In this document: piece after piece, positions 8,229 to 16,836 of the stretch
Numbering within the stretch: position 1 is the stretch's first letter
Layout of the letters: each line of letters opens with the position of its first letter
NCBI GenBank assembly: GCA_016194445.1
Contig: JACQBP010000035.1
Span: 4,396-68,395 of the forward strand
Length of the DNA: 64,000 nucleotides
Origin: Candidatus Liptonbacteria bacterium
Lineage (GTDB): Bacteria > Patescibacteriota > Minisyncoccia > UBA6257 > 2-01-FULL-56-20
Direction of reading: 5' to 3'
Notes under the pieces: model-generated
Seen by the model: only the letters and a program-made list of their open reading frames with translations
Databases searched by the model: none
What the model was told of the DNA's origin: nothing
Translations under genes and position numbers: made by a program

Positions 8229-9686
8229 GAGTTTCTCAAATTGTTCTTTCTTTTTATGGATGGCGTTTCGGATGTGTTCGCGGGCGTGAGCCGTTTTGAC
8301 GAAAGTGAGCCACCGGGCTTGAGGCTTCCGGTTTTTTTGAGTGAGGATTTCAATCACATCACCGGATTTGAGTTCAACGTCGAGAGATTTTAAGGCGCCA
8401 TTAATTTTGGCTTTGAAGGCGGTTTCGCCAATCACGGTATGGATGCTGTAGGCAAAGTCGACGGGGGTGGAACCCTTTGGCAGATCGATCACGTCGCCTT
8501 TGGGAGTGATCACGAAGAGACGGTTGTTGAAGAAATCAATTTTCATCGCCTCGATGAATTCCTGATAGCTTAAGGCGGGGTCAAGTTTGTTATTTTCCCA
8601 TCTTCTTAAGTATTTTAAGAGACCAACCTCTTCTAAGATATTTTTGAGGGATTTTTTGGACGGCGCTTCTTTTTGGATTTTTTGTTTATAGAGCCAATGA
8701 GCCGCGAGGCCGTTTTTGTTTTCTTCGTGCATCTTTTCAGTATGAATTTGGATTTCGATGTGTTTGCCTTCGGGGCCAACCACGGTGGTATGGAGAGAGC
8801 GATAACCGTTCGGTTTAGGCGAGGCAATGTAGTCTTTGATGCGACCGGGGAGGGGCGGCCAAGTTTGGTGGATGACGCCTAAAGCTTCATAGCAATCTTT
8901 GACGTCTTTAAAAACTATCCAGGTGGTGACGAGGTCGTAGATTCTCTCGAGATCCATATTGTACTCGCGGAGTTTGAAGTAGAGGCTCGAGTAGCGTTTG
9001 GCTCGGAAATCGATGAAAAGGGGAACCAAACCATTTTCCTTTAAGGTGTTCTCGAGGACGGGTTTGATTCTTTTTAAGTATTCATGGCGAGCTTCATACT
9101 GTTCTTTCACATTTTCTGTGAGCCATTCGTACTCTTTAGGGTGGAGAATGGGAAAACAGAGATCATACAATTGTCCAGAGAGGTTTTGCATGCCGATTTG
9201 GTAGGCGAGGGGCGCGTAGATTTCGTTGGTTTCGAGAGCAAAGTATTTCCATTTACTTTCCGGAATGCCTTCGATGGTTTTTAAATTATGGAGACGGTTA
9301 GCGAGTTTGATAAAGACGATTCTTAAGTCACCGCTTAAGGCTAAAATCATCTTGCGCAAGTTTTCGATTTTGGTGGCGGTGTTCTTATATTTAACCAGAG
9401 AAAGTTTGATGAGGCCGTCTAAGAGGAACGCCACCTCGCGGCCGAATTCTTTTTCGATTTCACTAACGCTGATTTTAGTGGTTTGGGGGACGTCGTGCAG
9501 GAGCCCGGCGGCAATGGTGGTTTCATCAAGGTGCCACTGATCGAGGAATTCAGCGGTCATTAAGGCGTGGTTAAAAAAAGGCTCGCCATTTTCGCGTTTC
9601 TGGCTCGAGTGAGCTTTTTTGGCGAACGCAAAGGCTCGGCCAATCAAGCTTTTAGGGTCTTTTTGGGCAGTTTCTTGAACGGTCAT
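8217..9686 (-). CDS. rel: bifunctional (p)ppGpp synthetase/hydrolase (Rel/SpoT family, short form)
   Basis: HD motif LLHDVPQ; synthetase motif YRSLHTTVVGPEGKHIEIQIHT; C-terminal TGS-like GDVIDLPKGSTPVDFAYSIH. Convergent 12-nt overlap with parB. Confidence 0.85.
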   Translation of the reverse strand: MTVQETAQKDPKSLIGRAFAFAKKAHSSQKRENGEPFFNHALMTAEFLDQWHLDETTIAAGLLHDVPQTTKISVSEIEKEFGREVAFLLDGLIKLSLVKYKNTATKIENLRKMILALSGDLRIVFIKLANRLHNLKTIEGIPESKWKYFALETNEIYAPLAYQIGMQNLSGQLYDLCFPILHPKEYEWLTENVKEQYEARHEYLKRIKPVLENTLKENGLVPLFIDFRAKRYSSLYFKLREYNMDLERIYDLVTTWIVFKDVKDCYEALGVIHQTWPPLPGRIKDYIASPKPNGYRSLHTTVVGPEGKHIEIQIHTEKMHEENKNGLAAHWLYKQKIQKEAPSKKSLKNILEEVGLLKYLRRWENNKLDPALSYQEFIEAMKIDFFNNRLFVITPKGDVIDLPKGSTPVDFAYSIHTVIGETAFKAKINGALKSLDVELKSGDVIEILTQKNRKPQARWLTFVKTAHAREHIRNAIHKKKEQFEKLLIA

Positions 9687-9725
9687 ACAGAGAGAAGTAT
9701 GAAAGATACTTTCGAGAGAATCAAG

Positions 9726-11783
9726 TTACTCCGATTCTAAATTAGCTTCGGCTGATGTTTTGATTTTCTCATCTTCTTCTTTTTTCTCTAAGGGATTAGT
9801 CCAAGAAGCGTAGTCGCAGTCGGGGTATCTTGAGCAACCCCAGAAGATTTTGCCGCGGGCGCGACCCTTCTTATTCACTCTTTTTTCAATCACGTCACCC
9901 TCATGACACTTAGGACATTTCAAACCGATAGTTTTATCACCCCCCTTTAGGTTTTTAGTGTTTTTACAATCCGGGAAACCGGAACAGGCGATGAATTTTC
10001 CGAAGCGACCGAATTTGACAATCATCGGTTTACCGCATTTTTCGCAGACTTCATCGGTTTTTTCATCGACGATCTCTTGCTTGGAAACGGCTTCGTATTT
10101 TTGTTCCAGATTTTTAGAGAAAGGTTCGTAGAATTCCTTGATGGTGGTTTGCCAGTTTTTTTTGCCTTCGGCAATTTCATCGAGTTCCTCCTCCATTTTA
10201 GCCGTGAAATCAATGTCCACGATTTTGGGAAAATTTTCACTCAAAACTTTGTTGACGAGAGTGCCGATTTCGGTGGGGTGAAAATACCGAGCCAGTTTTT
10301 CAACGTAGTTTCGGTCTTGAATTACAGAAATGGTGGGGGCGTAAGTGGAGGGCCGGCCGATGCCAAATTTTTCTAAAGTTTTAATAAGACTAGCTTCGTT
10401 GTAGCGAGGAGGCGGTTCGGTGAAGTGCTCTAAAGGATTGATTTCAATGAGATTGAGCTCGTCTCCTTTGGCCACGGCTGGCAAAGTTTTTTCTTCAAGT
10501 TTGGTTGGCCAAACTTTTAAAAAACCATCAAAACGCATGACATTTCCTGTAGCATGTAACATGTAACATGTAGCAGTATTTTTTGGTTGGGCCGAGATTT
10601 CGATGCGGGTGGCGTCTAAGATGGCGGGAGGAAGTTGAGAAGCGATGAAACGTCGCCAGATAAGGTCGTAAAGTTTTTGCTCGTCTTTTTCTAAGTTTTT
10701 CTTGGTCTTGATTTGACCGAATTCGAGCGGGGCGAAGTCAACATTTGAAGGGCGGATGGCTTCGTGCGCCTCTTGGGCTAACTTGGATTTGCCATGGTAG
10801 GTTTTTGGTCCTTGGCTGTATTTGGATCCGAGATGGTTTTTAACCCAGCTTTCAGCAGATAAAAGGGCGTCTTGAGCAAGATTCACCGAATCAGTTCGCA
10901 TGTAAGTAATGTGACCTTTTTCGTAAAGGGATTGAGCGAGGTACATAGTTTTCTTCGAGGAGAAACCAAAAGCTCGGGAGGCTGTTTGCTGGAGAGTGCT
11001 CGTAATAAAAGGAGGCATCGGGTTTTTCCGGAGTTCGCTTTGATTGACCGCTGCGATTTCGTAGAGCGATTGCATAAGATCGGTTTTGATGACTTCCACT
11101 TGATCCTTAGTTTTAAGGCTCAATTTGGGAATGGTTTCATGATTAATTTTGACGAGGGTGGCTTCGAGTTTCTCATTTTTTTTCGTTTCTAAAAGAGCCG
11201 TCAGAGTCCAGTATTCTTCCGGATGGAATTTTTTGATTTCTTCTTCGCGTTCAACGATCAACCTTAAAGCGACGGATTGAACCCGGCCGGCGGAGAGGCC
11301 GCGGGCGATTTTTTTCCAAAGGAAGGGGGAGAGTTTGTAGCCGACGAGACGATCTAAAACACGTCTGGCTTGCTGAGCGTCAACTAAATGGAGGTCAATC
11401 TCGCGGGGGTTTTTGAGGGCGCTATCAATAGCGGTTTTGGTGATTTCGTGAAAGACGATGCGTTTAACGCGGTCAATTTTACTTTCTTCAAGCTTCAAGG
11501 CGTGGAGGAGATGCCAGGCAATGGCTTCACCTTCGCGATCCTCGTCGGTCGCGAGAATGACGGATTCGGCTTTTTCAGCCACCTTTTTCAGGGCGGTAAC
11601 CTGTTTTTGATTTTTTTTGGGGATAATATATTGAGGCTCAAAGTTTTTTTCAACTTCGACGCCGAGTTTGCTTTTCGGTAAATCTCGGACATGGCCAAAA
11701 GAAGACTCCACTTGGTAATGGGAGCCTAAAAATTTACTGATAGTTTTGGCCTTAGTAGGGGACTCGACGATGACGAGGTTCAT
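9726..11783 (-). CDS. topA: DNA topoisomerase I
   Basis: Toprim MNLVIVESPTKAKTISKFLG and catalytic YMRTDS. C-terminal zinc ribbons CEKCGKPM..C and CPKCHEG. The ORF track extends to 11822; start chosen at MNLVIVESP. Confidence 0.88.
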   Translation of the reverse strand: MNLVIVESPTKAKTISKFLGSHYQVESSFGHVRDLPKSKLGVEVEKNFEPQYIIPKKNQKQVTALKKVAEKAESVILATDEDREGEAIAWHLLHALKLEESKIDRVKRIVFHEITKTAIDSALKNPREIDLHLVDAQQARRVLDRLVGYKLSPFLWKKIARGLSAGRVQSVALRLIVEREEEIKKFHPEEYWTLTALLETKKNEKLEATLVKINHETIPKLSLKTKDQVEVIKTDLMQSLYEIAAVNQSELRKNPMPPFITSTLQQTASRAFGFSSKKTMYLAQSLYEKGHITYMRTDSVNLAQDALLSAESWVKNHLGSKYSQGPKTYHGKSKLAQEAHEAIRPSNVDFAPLEFGQIKTKKNLEKDEQKLYDLIWRRFIASQLPPAILDATRIEISAQPKNTATCYMLHATGNVMRFDGFLKVWPTKLEEKTLPAVAKGDELNLIEINPLEHFTEPPPRYNEASLIKTLEKFGIGRPSTYAPTISVIQDRNYVEKLARYFHPTEIGTLVNKVLSENFPKIVDIDFTAKMEEELDEIAEGKKNWQTTIKEFYEPFSKNLEQKYEAVSKQEIVDEKTDEVCEKCGKPMIVKFGRFGKFIACSGFPDCKNTKNLKGGDKTIGLKCPKCHEGDVIEKRVNKKGRARGKIFWGCSRYPDCDYASWTNPLEKKEEDEKIKTSAEANLESE

Positions 11784-11792
11784 GATTTCTCT

Positions 11793-11851
11793 ATAGATTA
11801 CGGATTTTTTACGAATATACAAATTTTTTTTGGGTTCGTTTTTTCGTACTC
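11793..11851. repeat. degenerate TACGGAT/TACGAATATAC motif copy upstream of topA
   Basis: ATTACGGATTTTTTACGAATATAC ... TTCGTTTTTTCGTACTC resembles the inner arms of the 74..157 and 16736..16828 palindromes. Confidence 0.35.
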
Positions 11852-11867
11852 TTTGGGATTTTTAATT

Positions 11868-12902
11868 TTAGAGAGTGTAACCTTGGTCAGTTTCTTGAAT
11901 AGAATTTTTTAAAGTGAGAAAGCTTAGGGTTTGATTGATGATTTTGGCATTAAGATTAGTGAGTTCGATGATTTTGTCAATAGTAACCGGTTTTCCTGAC
12001 TTTAACAAAACTTCCAGGATGATTTTTTCTTCTTCAGTTTCGGGATTGACCCGACGAGGAGAGTTTTCTTTTTCGAGGAGAGCCGGAGCGAGGATTTCTA
12101 GAATTTCTTCCGGTTTAGTGACTAAAGCCGCGCCTTGGCGGATAAGCTCGTGGGAACCGATGAAGTTGGGATGAGTGATCGGGCCCGGAACCACAAAAAC
12201 GTCTCGGTTTTGATCGAGGGCAAAGCGAGTAGTGGCGAGCGCGCCAGAACCTTGAGGCGCTTCGATAACAAGAAGGCCATGAGCAAGACCGCTCACCAAT
12301 CGGTTGCGCTCGATGAAGCGTTGGGGAAGGGAGGGGCTGCCTAGGGGATATTCAGAGATAATGGCGCCGCCAGACCCCAAGATTTTTTGGGCGAGTTTTT
12401 CGTTGGTCTTGGGGTAGAGTTTGTCTAGACCGCTCGCAATTACCGCCACGGTGTAGCCTTTAGCTTCAAGGGCGCCTTCGTGACTTTTGGCGTCGATACC
12501 TAAGGCCAAGCCGCTTATGACGTTAATGCCCCAGCCAGCGATTTTTCTCGCAAATTTTTTGGCGATTTCTCGGCCGCTTTCGCTCGCCTTTCTGGTCCCG
12601 ACGATGGCGAGGGAGGTTTGGTTGATTTTATTTAAGTTGCCGAGCGAGTAAATTCCAAAAGGGGTCCAAGGAATTTCTTTGAGGAGCGCGGGGAAATGAG
12701 GGTGATGGCTTAAAGTAAGGCTCACCCCGGCTTTTTCGAGCTTAGCCCATTCTTTTTCGGGGGAGCAAGATTTTTTTACTTCCGTGGAGAGGCTGGCCCA
12801 AACTTTTTGCCAGGTGGAGTATTTTTTCTTCAGGTTTTCAAGTTCGCGAAAGTTACTCCATTTTACGAGAGTTGCGGCGTTGTAGAAAATTTCTTCGGTC
12901 AC
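11868..12902 (-). CDS. dprA: DNA processing protein DprA/Smf
   Basis: Rossmann-like GLALGIDAKSHEGAL and YPLGSPSLPQRFIERNRL motifs. Confidence 0.8.
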   Translation of the reverse strand: MTEEIFYNAATLVKWSNFRELENLKKKYSTWQKVWASLSTEVKKSCSPEKEWAKLEKAGVSLTLSHHPHFPALLKEIPWTPFGIYSLGNLNKINQTSLAIVGTRKASESGREIAKKFARKIAGWGINVISGLALGIDAKSHEGALEAKGYTVAVIASGLDKLYPKTNEKLAQKILGSGGAIISEYPLGSPSLPQRFIERNRLVSGLAHGLLVIEAPQGSGALATTRFALDQNRDVFVVPGPITHPNFIGSHELIRQGAALVTKPEEILEILAPALLEKENSPRRVNPETEEEKIILEVLLKSGKPVTIDKIIELTNLNAKIINQTLSFLTLKNSIQETDQGYTL

Positions 12903-12981
12903 CTTAGTATTATGGCATACCCACTAGGAAATTACCTGGGGGGCATATTTTGAAGATTGAGTTATGTTATAATAGGCTGAA

Positions 12982-13515
12982 ATGGTTAATGATTTCAAAA
13001 AGCAAGTTTGGTTGACATTGGCGATTTTAGGAGGAGCGGGGCTGGTTTTTGGTTCGGCTTATTATTTTTCGGTTCAGAGGATCAATGCTCAGGTCCAGGA
13101 GATTGTTCGCCAAAGAGCTTTAATAAGACAAAGTTCGACTATCACTCAAACCCTAGCGAATCTTAAGCAGGAAGGTCAAGCGGCAGAACCCTATAAACAA
13201 GCGATGGAAAGATTGGTGGCGACGAGAGACCAATTGATCGTTAACTTTTCCGATTGGCTGACAAGGGAAGCCAGCATCTACGGCGCGGGAGTTTCTTTCA
13301 GCTTTCAGGGATCAGAAACTAAGCCGACCCCGGATGATTTTGGCTCCGCTGGTTTCTCGATTAAACTCAGTGGTCACTTCAGGGATATAGTCGGATTGCT
13401 CAAATACCTTGAGTTAGAATCTCCCCAGTTTTTGATCACTTTTAATGATTTTGATGTTAGCCAATCAAATGGTGGTTACAATGTGGCGGCGGACGGGAAA
13501 GTTTTCTTTAACTAA
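12982..13515 (+). CDS. hypothetical membrane-anchored protein (PilO-like topology?)
   Basis: N-terminal TM followed by a coiled-coil-like region; no diagnostic motif. Confidence 0.3.
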   Translation: MVNDFKKQVWLTLAILGGAGLVFGSAYYFSVQRINAQVQEIVRQRALIRQSSTITQTLANLKQEGQAAEPYKQAMERLVATRDQLIVNFSDWLTREASIYGAGVSFSFQGSETKPTPDDFGSAGFSIKLSGHFRDIVGLLKYLELESPQFLITFNDFDVSQSNGGYNVAADGKVFFN

Positions 13516-13520
13516 CATTA

Positions 13521-13724
13521 ATGAAAAATTTTTTTAGAAATCAATATGATAAGATATTAGTTTTGATGGCGGTGGTTTTTTTGGTGGGTTTGACGATTTT
13601 TTACGTGTGGGGCGCGCGGTTTCTAGTGGTTGGTTTTAATAGGACAACCGAGATTAAGGGTGGACCAGAGGATTTAGTGCATTTTGATGTAGGTGGGGCG
13701 GCTAAGTTAAACTTAGTTCACTAA
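13521..13724 (+). CDS. small hypothetical membrane protein
   Basis: 67 aa with a single TM helix. Confidence 0.3.
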   Translation: MKNFFRNQYDKILVLMAVVFLVGLTIFYVWGARFLVVGFNRTTEIKGGPEDLVHFDVGGAAKLNLVH

Positions 13725-13956
13725 AGTAACTGTGCCATCAGTGCTCCCGTAGAACGTTTTCTACGGGCTTGACTTGGGCTTGGGTTGACGCTCGTGGAGT
13801 TTTGGTTTTTAATGTTAGTGGATTGAGCTTAACAAAGAACGGGCGGATGATTTATTAGGGAATCTCATTAATTGAGATTATGGGGCAATGGTCCGTTTTT
13901 CTATTTTTAACAACGTTGGTTAGAGTGGTACTCTGGTGTTAAATTTCCAAGTTAAT

Positions 13957-14028
13957 GCGCACATAGTTCAGTGGTAGAACGCGTTCCTGATAAGAACGAG
14001 GTCCTTGGTTCGATTCCAAGTGTGCGCA
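13957..14028 (+). tRNA. tRNA-Ile(GAT)
   Basis: GCGCACATAGTTCAGTGGTAGAACG..CTGATAA..GGTTCGATTCC..TGTGCGCA; anticodon GAT. Confidence 0.85.
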
Positions 14029-14106
14029 CCGGAAGCTGAAAGGTAGCCCCGCTGTGAGAGGGACAAAAGAATTTGTGAAGCTTAAGATTCGCTAACAAAT
14101 TCTAAC

Positions 14107-14178
14107 GCGCGGTTAGCTCAGTGGTAGAGCGCTTCGTTGACATCGAAGAGGTCAGAAGTTCGATCCTTCTACCGCGCA
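14107..14178 (+). tRNA. tRNA-Val(GAC)
   Basis: GCGCGGTTAGCTCAGTGGTAGAGCG..TTGACAT..GTTCGATCC..ACCGCGCA; anticodon GAC. Confidence 0.85.
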
Positions 14179-14214
14179 CAGTCTCCCATAAATCATATAG
14201 CATGAAACATGAAA

Positions 14215-14280
14215 CCCCGATACTAGAAGTTTGGAAAAACTTAAGTTTTAAGAAGTTCCAGACTTCAGTACGGGGCAGGC
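14215..14280. repeat. MITE-like element (CCCCGATACTAGAAG...TTCAGTACGGGGCAGGC) abutting the RBS of the rluA-family gene
   Basis: Aligns over about 66 nt with 7198..7261. Terminal inverted repeats are CCCCGATAC / GTACGGGG. Confidence 0.6.
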
Positions 14281-14292
14281 AGAAGGAGAAAT

Positions 14293-15024
14293 ATGAAAAA
14301 TAGAGAAAAGTTTGAACCGGAAGTGATTTATGAAGATCGGAATTTTTTGGCGGTGAATAAGCCGGCGGGACTTTTGGTGCATGCTAGCAATTTAAAGTTA
14401 AAAAATAAAAATGAAAAATTATTGGAGCCAACTTTGGTCAGTTGGCTTTTATATAGGTACAAAGAGATAAGTAAAGTGGGAGATGATCCAAAGGTGAGGC
14501 CGGGGATTGTGCACCGGTTGGACAAGGACACTTCTGGGGTAATGCTAATAGCGCGAAACCAAAAATACTTTGATTATCTCAAGAAACTTTTTCAAGAACA
14601 CAAAATCAGGAAAACTTATTTGGCTTTGGTTTATGGGATACCGAAAGAAAAAAAGGGAGTGATAAACAAACCTATCGCTTTAAAACCAGGTACGACGAAG
14701 CGGTCAGTTTTTGGCGGGAAGATGGAGAAGGAAGCGGTGACGGAGTACAATTTAGTAGAAGGTTTTAACGAGACAAGCGACAAGGTTTTTTCTCTATTAG
14801 AAGTGCATCCGAGAACAGGTAGGACGCATCAGATTCGAGTGCACCTCGCGAGTATTGGTTGTCCGGTTTTGAATGACCAAATTTACGCTCCGAAAAAAGA
14901 GAAAGTTGGGAGTGGAAGGTTGATGTTACACGCGCTGTCTTTGGAGTTTACGAATGAAACCGGTAAAAAGATTTTGATTGAGAGCGAATTGCCAAAGGAG
15001 TTTAGGGAAGTGACCGACAACTAA
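14293..15024 (+). CDS. RluA-family pseudouridine synthase
   Basis: Catalytic HRLDKDTSGVMLIA motif. Confidence 0.85.
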   Translation: MKNREKFEPEVIYEDRNFLAVNKPAGLLVHASNLKLKNKNEKLLEPTLVSWLLYRYKEISKVGDDPKVRPGIVHRLDKDTSGVMLIARNQKYFDYLKKLFQEHKIRKTYLALVYGIPKEKKGVINKPIALKPGTTKRSVFGGKMEKEAVTEYNLVEGFNETSDKVFSLLEVHPRTGRTHQIRVHLASIGCPVLNDQIYAPKKEKVGSGRLMLHALSLEFTNETGKKILIESELPKEFREVTDN

Positions 15025-15027
15025 CAG

Positions 15028-15049
15028 CTTATAACTTACGACAAATAAC
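15028..15049. repeat. CTTATAACTTACGACAAATAAC motif (also at 20650..20671)
   Basis: 21 of 22 nt identical to the copy downstream of the pseudopilin gene. Both lie upstream of pilin genes. Confidence 0.5.
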
Positions 15050-15259
15050 GAGGAAGATACACAAGAAAGATAATTGTTTCCAGCACCACTTTTTTAGCTT
15101 GAAAAAGGGTGCTCGAATCCTCAATTTTGTTGCTTCGTTGAACCAAGTAGTCCCTCGTCGCAAGGCTTCTCGGGACGATTGAAAACCTAAGTTCGTACCT
15201 CACTAATGTTTTCTAATCGGAGTTATCCACAATCCATTTTTAAAGGGGTTTTGAAGCTG

Positions 15260-15268
15260 TGCTATAAT
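15260..15268 (+). promoter_or_regulatory. extended -10 promoter element (TGcTATAAT) upstream of the major pilin gene
   Basis: TGCTATAAT lies 48 nt upstream of the pilin ATG. Confidence 0.35.
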
Positions 15269-15315
15269 ACTCAAGTAAATCTTCTAGAAAGGTCGAATTT
15301 AAAGAAAAAATTGAA

Positions 15316-15987
15316 ATGCAAAGTAAACAAGTAAAAGGCTTTACTCTGATCGAGCTTCTGATTGTGATCGGGATTATTGCCATTCTCGCTACGGTGGTCA
15401 TTTTAACTTTAAATCCGGCCGAGCTTTTGAGGCAGGCGCGAGATTCAACGAGGACTTCTGATTTTGCGACTATAAAGAGCGCAGTTTCGCTTTTTGGGGC
15501 TGATGTGGCTACGTCTTCAGCTGCTTACGGCGCAAGTATACTTGCCGCCGGTCCTCTTCCGACTTGTTATGTTTCTATCACACAAGGTGCGGCTCAATCA
15601 GGTGGAGCGGCTCCGGTTTGGGGAGCAAATTGTGGTGGCCGCTTTACTACTCGTGGTGTTGCAGCTAATTGGACGATAGCCAGTAGTTCGGAGACTAATA
15701 AAAGACTCGTGAATGGTGGTGGCTGGATTCCAATTAATCTGAATGCGATTAGTTCTGGGGCGCCGATTTCAGCTTGGCCAGTTGATCCAGTGTCCCCCAA
15801 CGCTTCCACTTCTTATTACGCTTACGCCACGGACGGTTCTGGGGGTTTTGAAATTAACGGAGTTTTAGAAAGTACTAAGTTCGCTAGCAGTTCCGCAAAT
15901 GATGGCGGAGATATGAACGCGGTTGGCGGGCCGGTTGGCACTTCTCTTCTTTATGAAGTCGGAACGCAGCCTGGATTAAATCTCTAG
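15316..15987 (+). CDS. type IV pilin (prepilin)
   Basis: Class III signal MQSKQVKG|FTLIELLIVIGIIAILA with Glu at +5. Confidence 0.8.
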   Translation: MQSKQVKGFTLIELLIVIGIIAILATVVILTLNPAELLRQARDSTRTSDFATIKSAVSLFGADVATSSAAYGASILAAGPLPTCYVSITQGAAQSGGAAPVWGANCGGRFTTRGVAANWTIASSSETNKRLVNGGGWIPINLNAISSGAPISAWPVDPVSPNASTSYYAYATDGSGGFEINGVLESTKFASSSANDGGDMNAVGGPVGTSLLYEVGTQPGLNL

Positions 15988-16070
15988 TTTAAACAGAGAG
16001 TGTTGAGTATGAAAGAACCCAGCCTGTGCGTTGGGTTCTTTTTTGCTATAATTGAGGGGGTTGGAATGAT

Positions 16071-16730
16071 ATGGCTTGGCTAAATTTATACACTTTATGC
16101 ATTTTGGCTTTAGTTTTAGCGGCCCAGTTTTTTTATCGTTTTTCTTCGGGGCGCTTGGCGGCTTTTTTTATCAAATTTAAGTTCCATACTTTTTTGAGAT
16201 GGATTTGGATTCTAAGCGGGGTTTTGATTTTTTCACTTTTAACTTATTGGTCGTATTTGCAGTATGAACTTTGGTCGGGTGAGGGCGGGTTTGGCAAATT
16301 TCTTTTGCCGCCGTATCAAAGCATCTACTATTTCTTTTCTTATGTGGGAGTCAGGTTTTTCGGGCCGTGGATTTTGGCGTTTTTCGCGGCTATTTTAGTC
16401 AGCCGTTTGGCGAAATTTTTGAATAGACGTTTTGAGGAAAGGTTTTTTGAGCCGGAGGAGATAGAACTGATCGCTTTGGGAACCTTTTTGGCTGGCTACC
16501 CGGGATTTTTCTTTTACCTAGCTTTGATTTTGACAGTGGGAGTTCTGTTTTCTGCGTTCTACCTTCTGCTTTCAAAGGGGCGATTACCGCTTTATTATTT
16601 TTGGATACCTTTGGCTATATTTGCTATCATTATGAAGATTTGGTTTTTGGGTTATTTGGGCAACGGTTTTGTTTCGTTTTGGGGGAGCTTTTCGCTCGGA
16701 GATTTTTATAAATTGATTTTCGGTTTCTAA
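16071..16730 (+). CDS. polytopic membrane protein, possibly a degenerate prepilin-peptidase-like protein
   Basis: Several TM helices. The C-terminal GDFYKLI resembles the second catalytic Asp motif of A24 peptidases (GDxKLL). The first Asp motif was not found. Confidence 0.3.
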   Translation: MAWLNLYTLCILALVLAAQFFYRFSSGRLAAFFIKFKFHTFLRWIWILSGVLIFSLLTYWSYLQYELWSGEGGFGKFLLPPYQSIYYFFSYVGVRFFGPWILAFFAAILVSRLAKFLNRRFEERFFEPEEIELIALGTFLAGYPGFFFYLALILTVGVLFSAFYLLLSKGRLPLYYFWIPLAIFAIIMKIWFLGYLGNGFVSFWGSFSLGDFYKLIFGF

Positions 16731-16735
16731 AGTTT

Positions 16736-16828
16736 GCTACGGAATACGAAAAAATACGGATATACAGATGTAGCGAAAGTATTTATGCTGTTTAATGTCT
16801 ATTCGTATAGAAATTCGTATTCAGTAGC
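16736..16828. repeat. GCTACGGAATACGAA...TTCGTATTCAGTAGC nested palindrome upstream of pilB
   Basis: Outer arms and inner TACGGATATAC/TATTCGTATA arms match the 74..157 element. Confidence 0.55.
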
Positions 16829-16836
16829 CTTATAAC

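Noticed and set aside
16071-16730. Confident prepilin peptidase call
   Set aside because: Only the C-terminal GDFxKL-like motif is present; the first catalytic Asp motif could not be found, so the ORF is left as a membrane protein.
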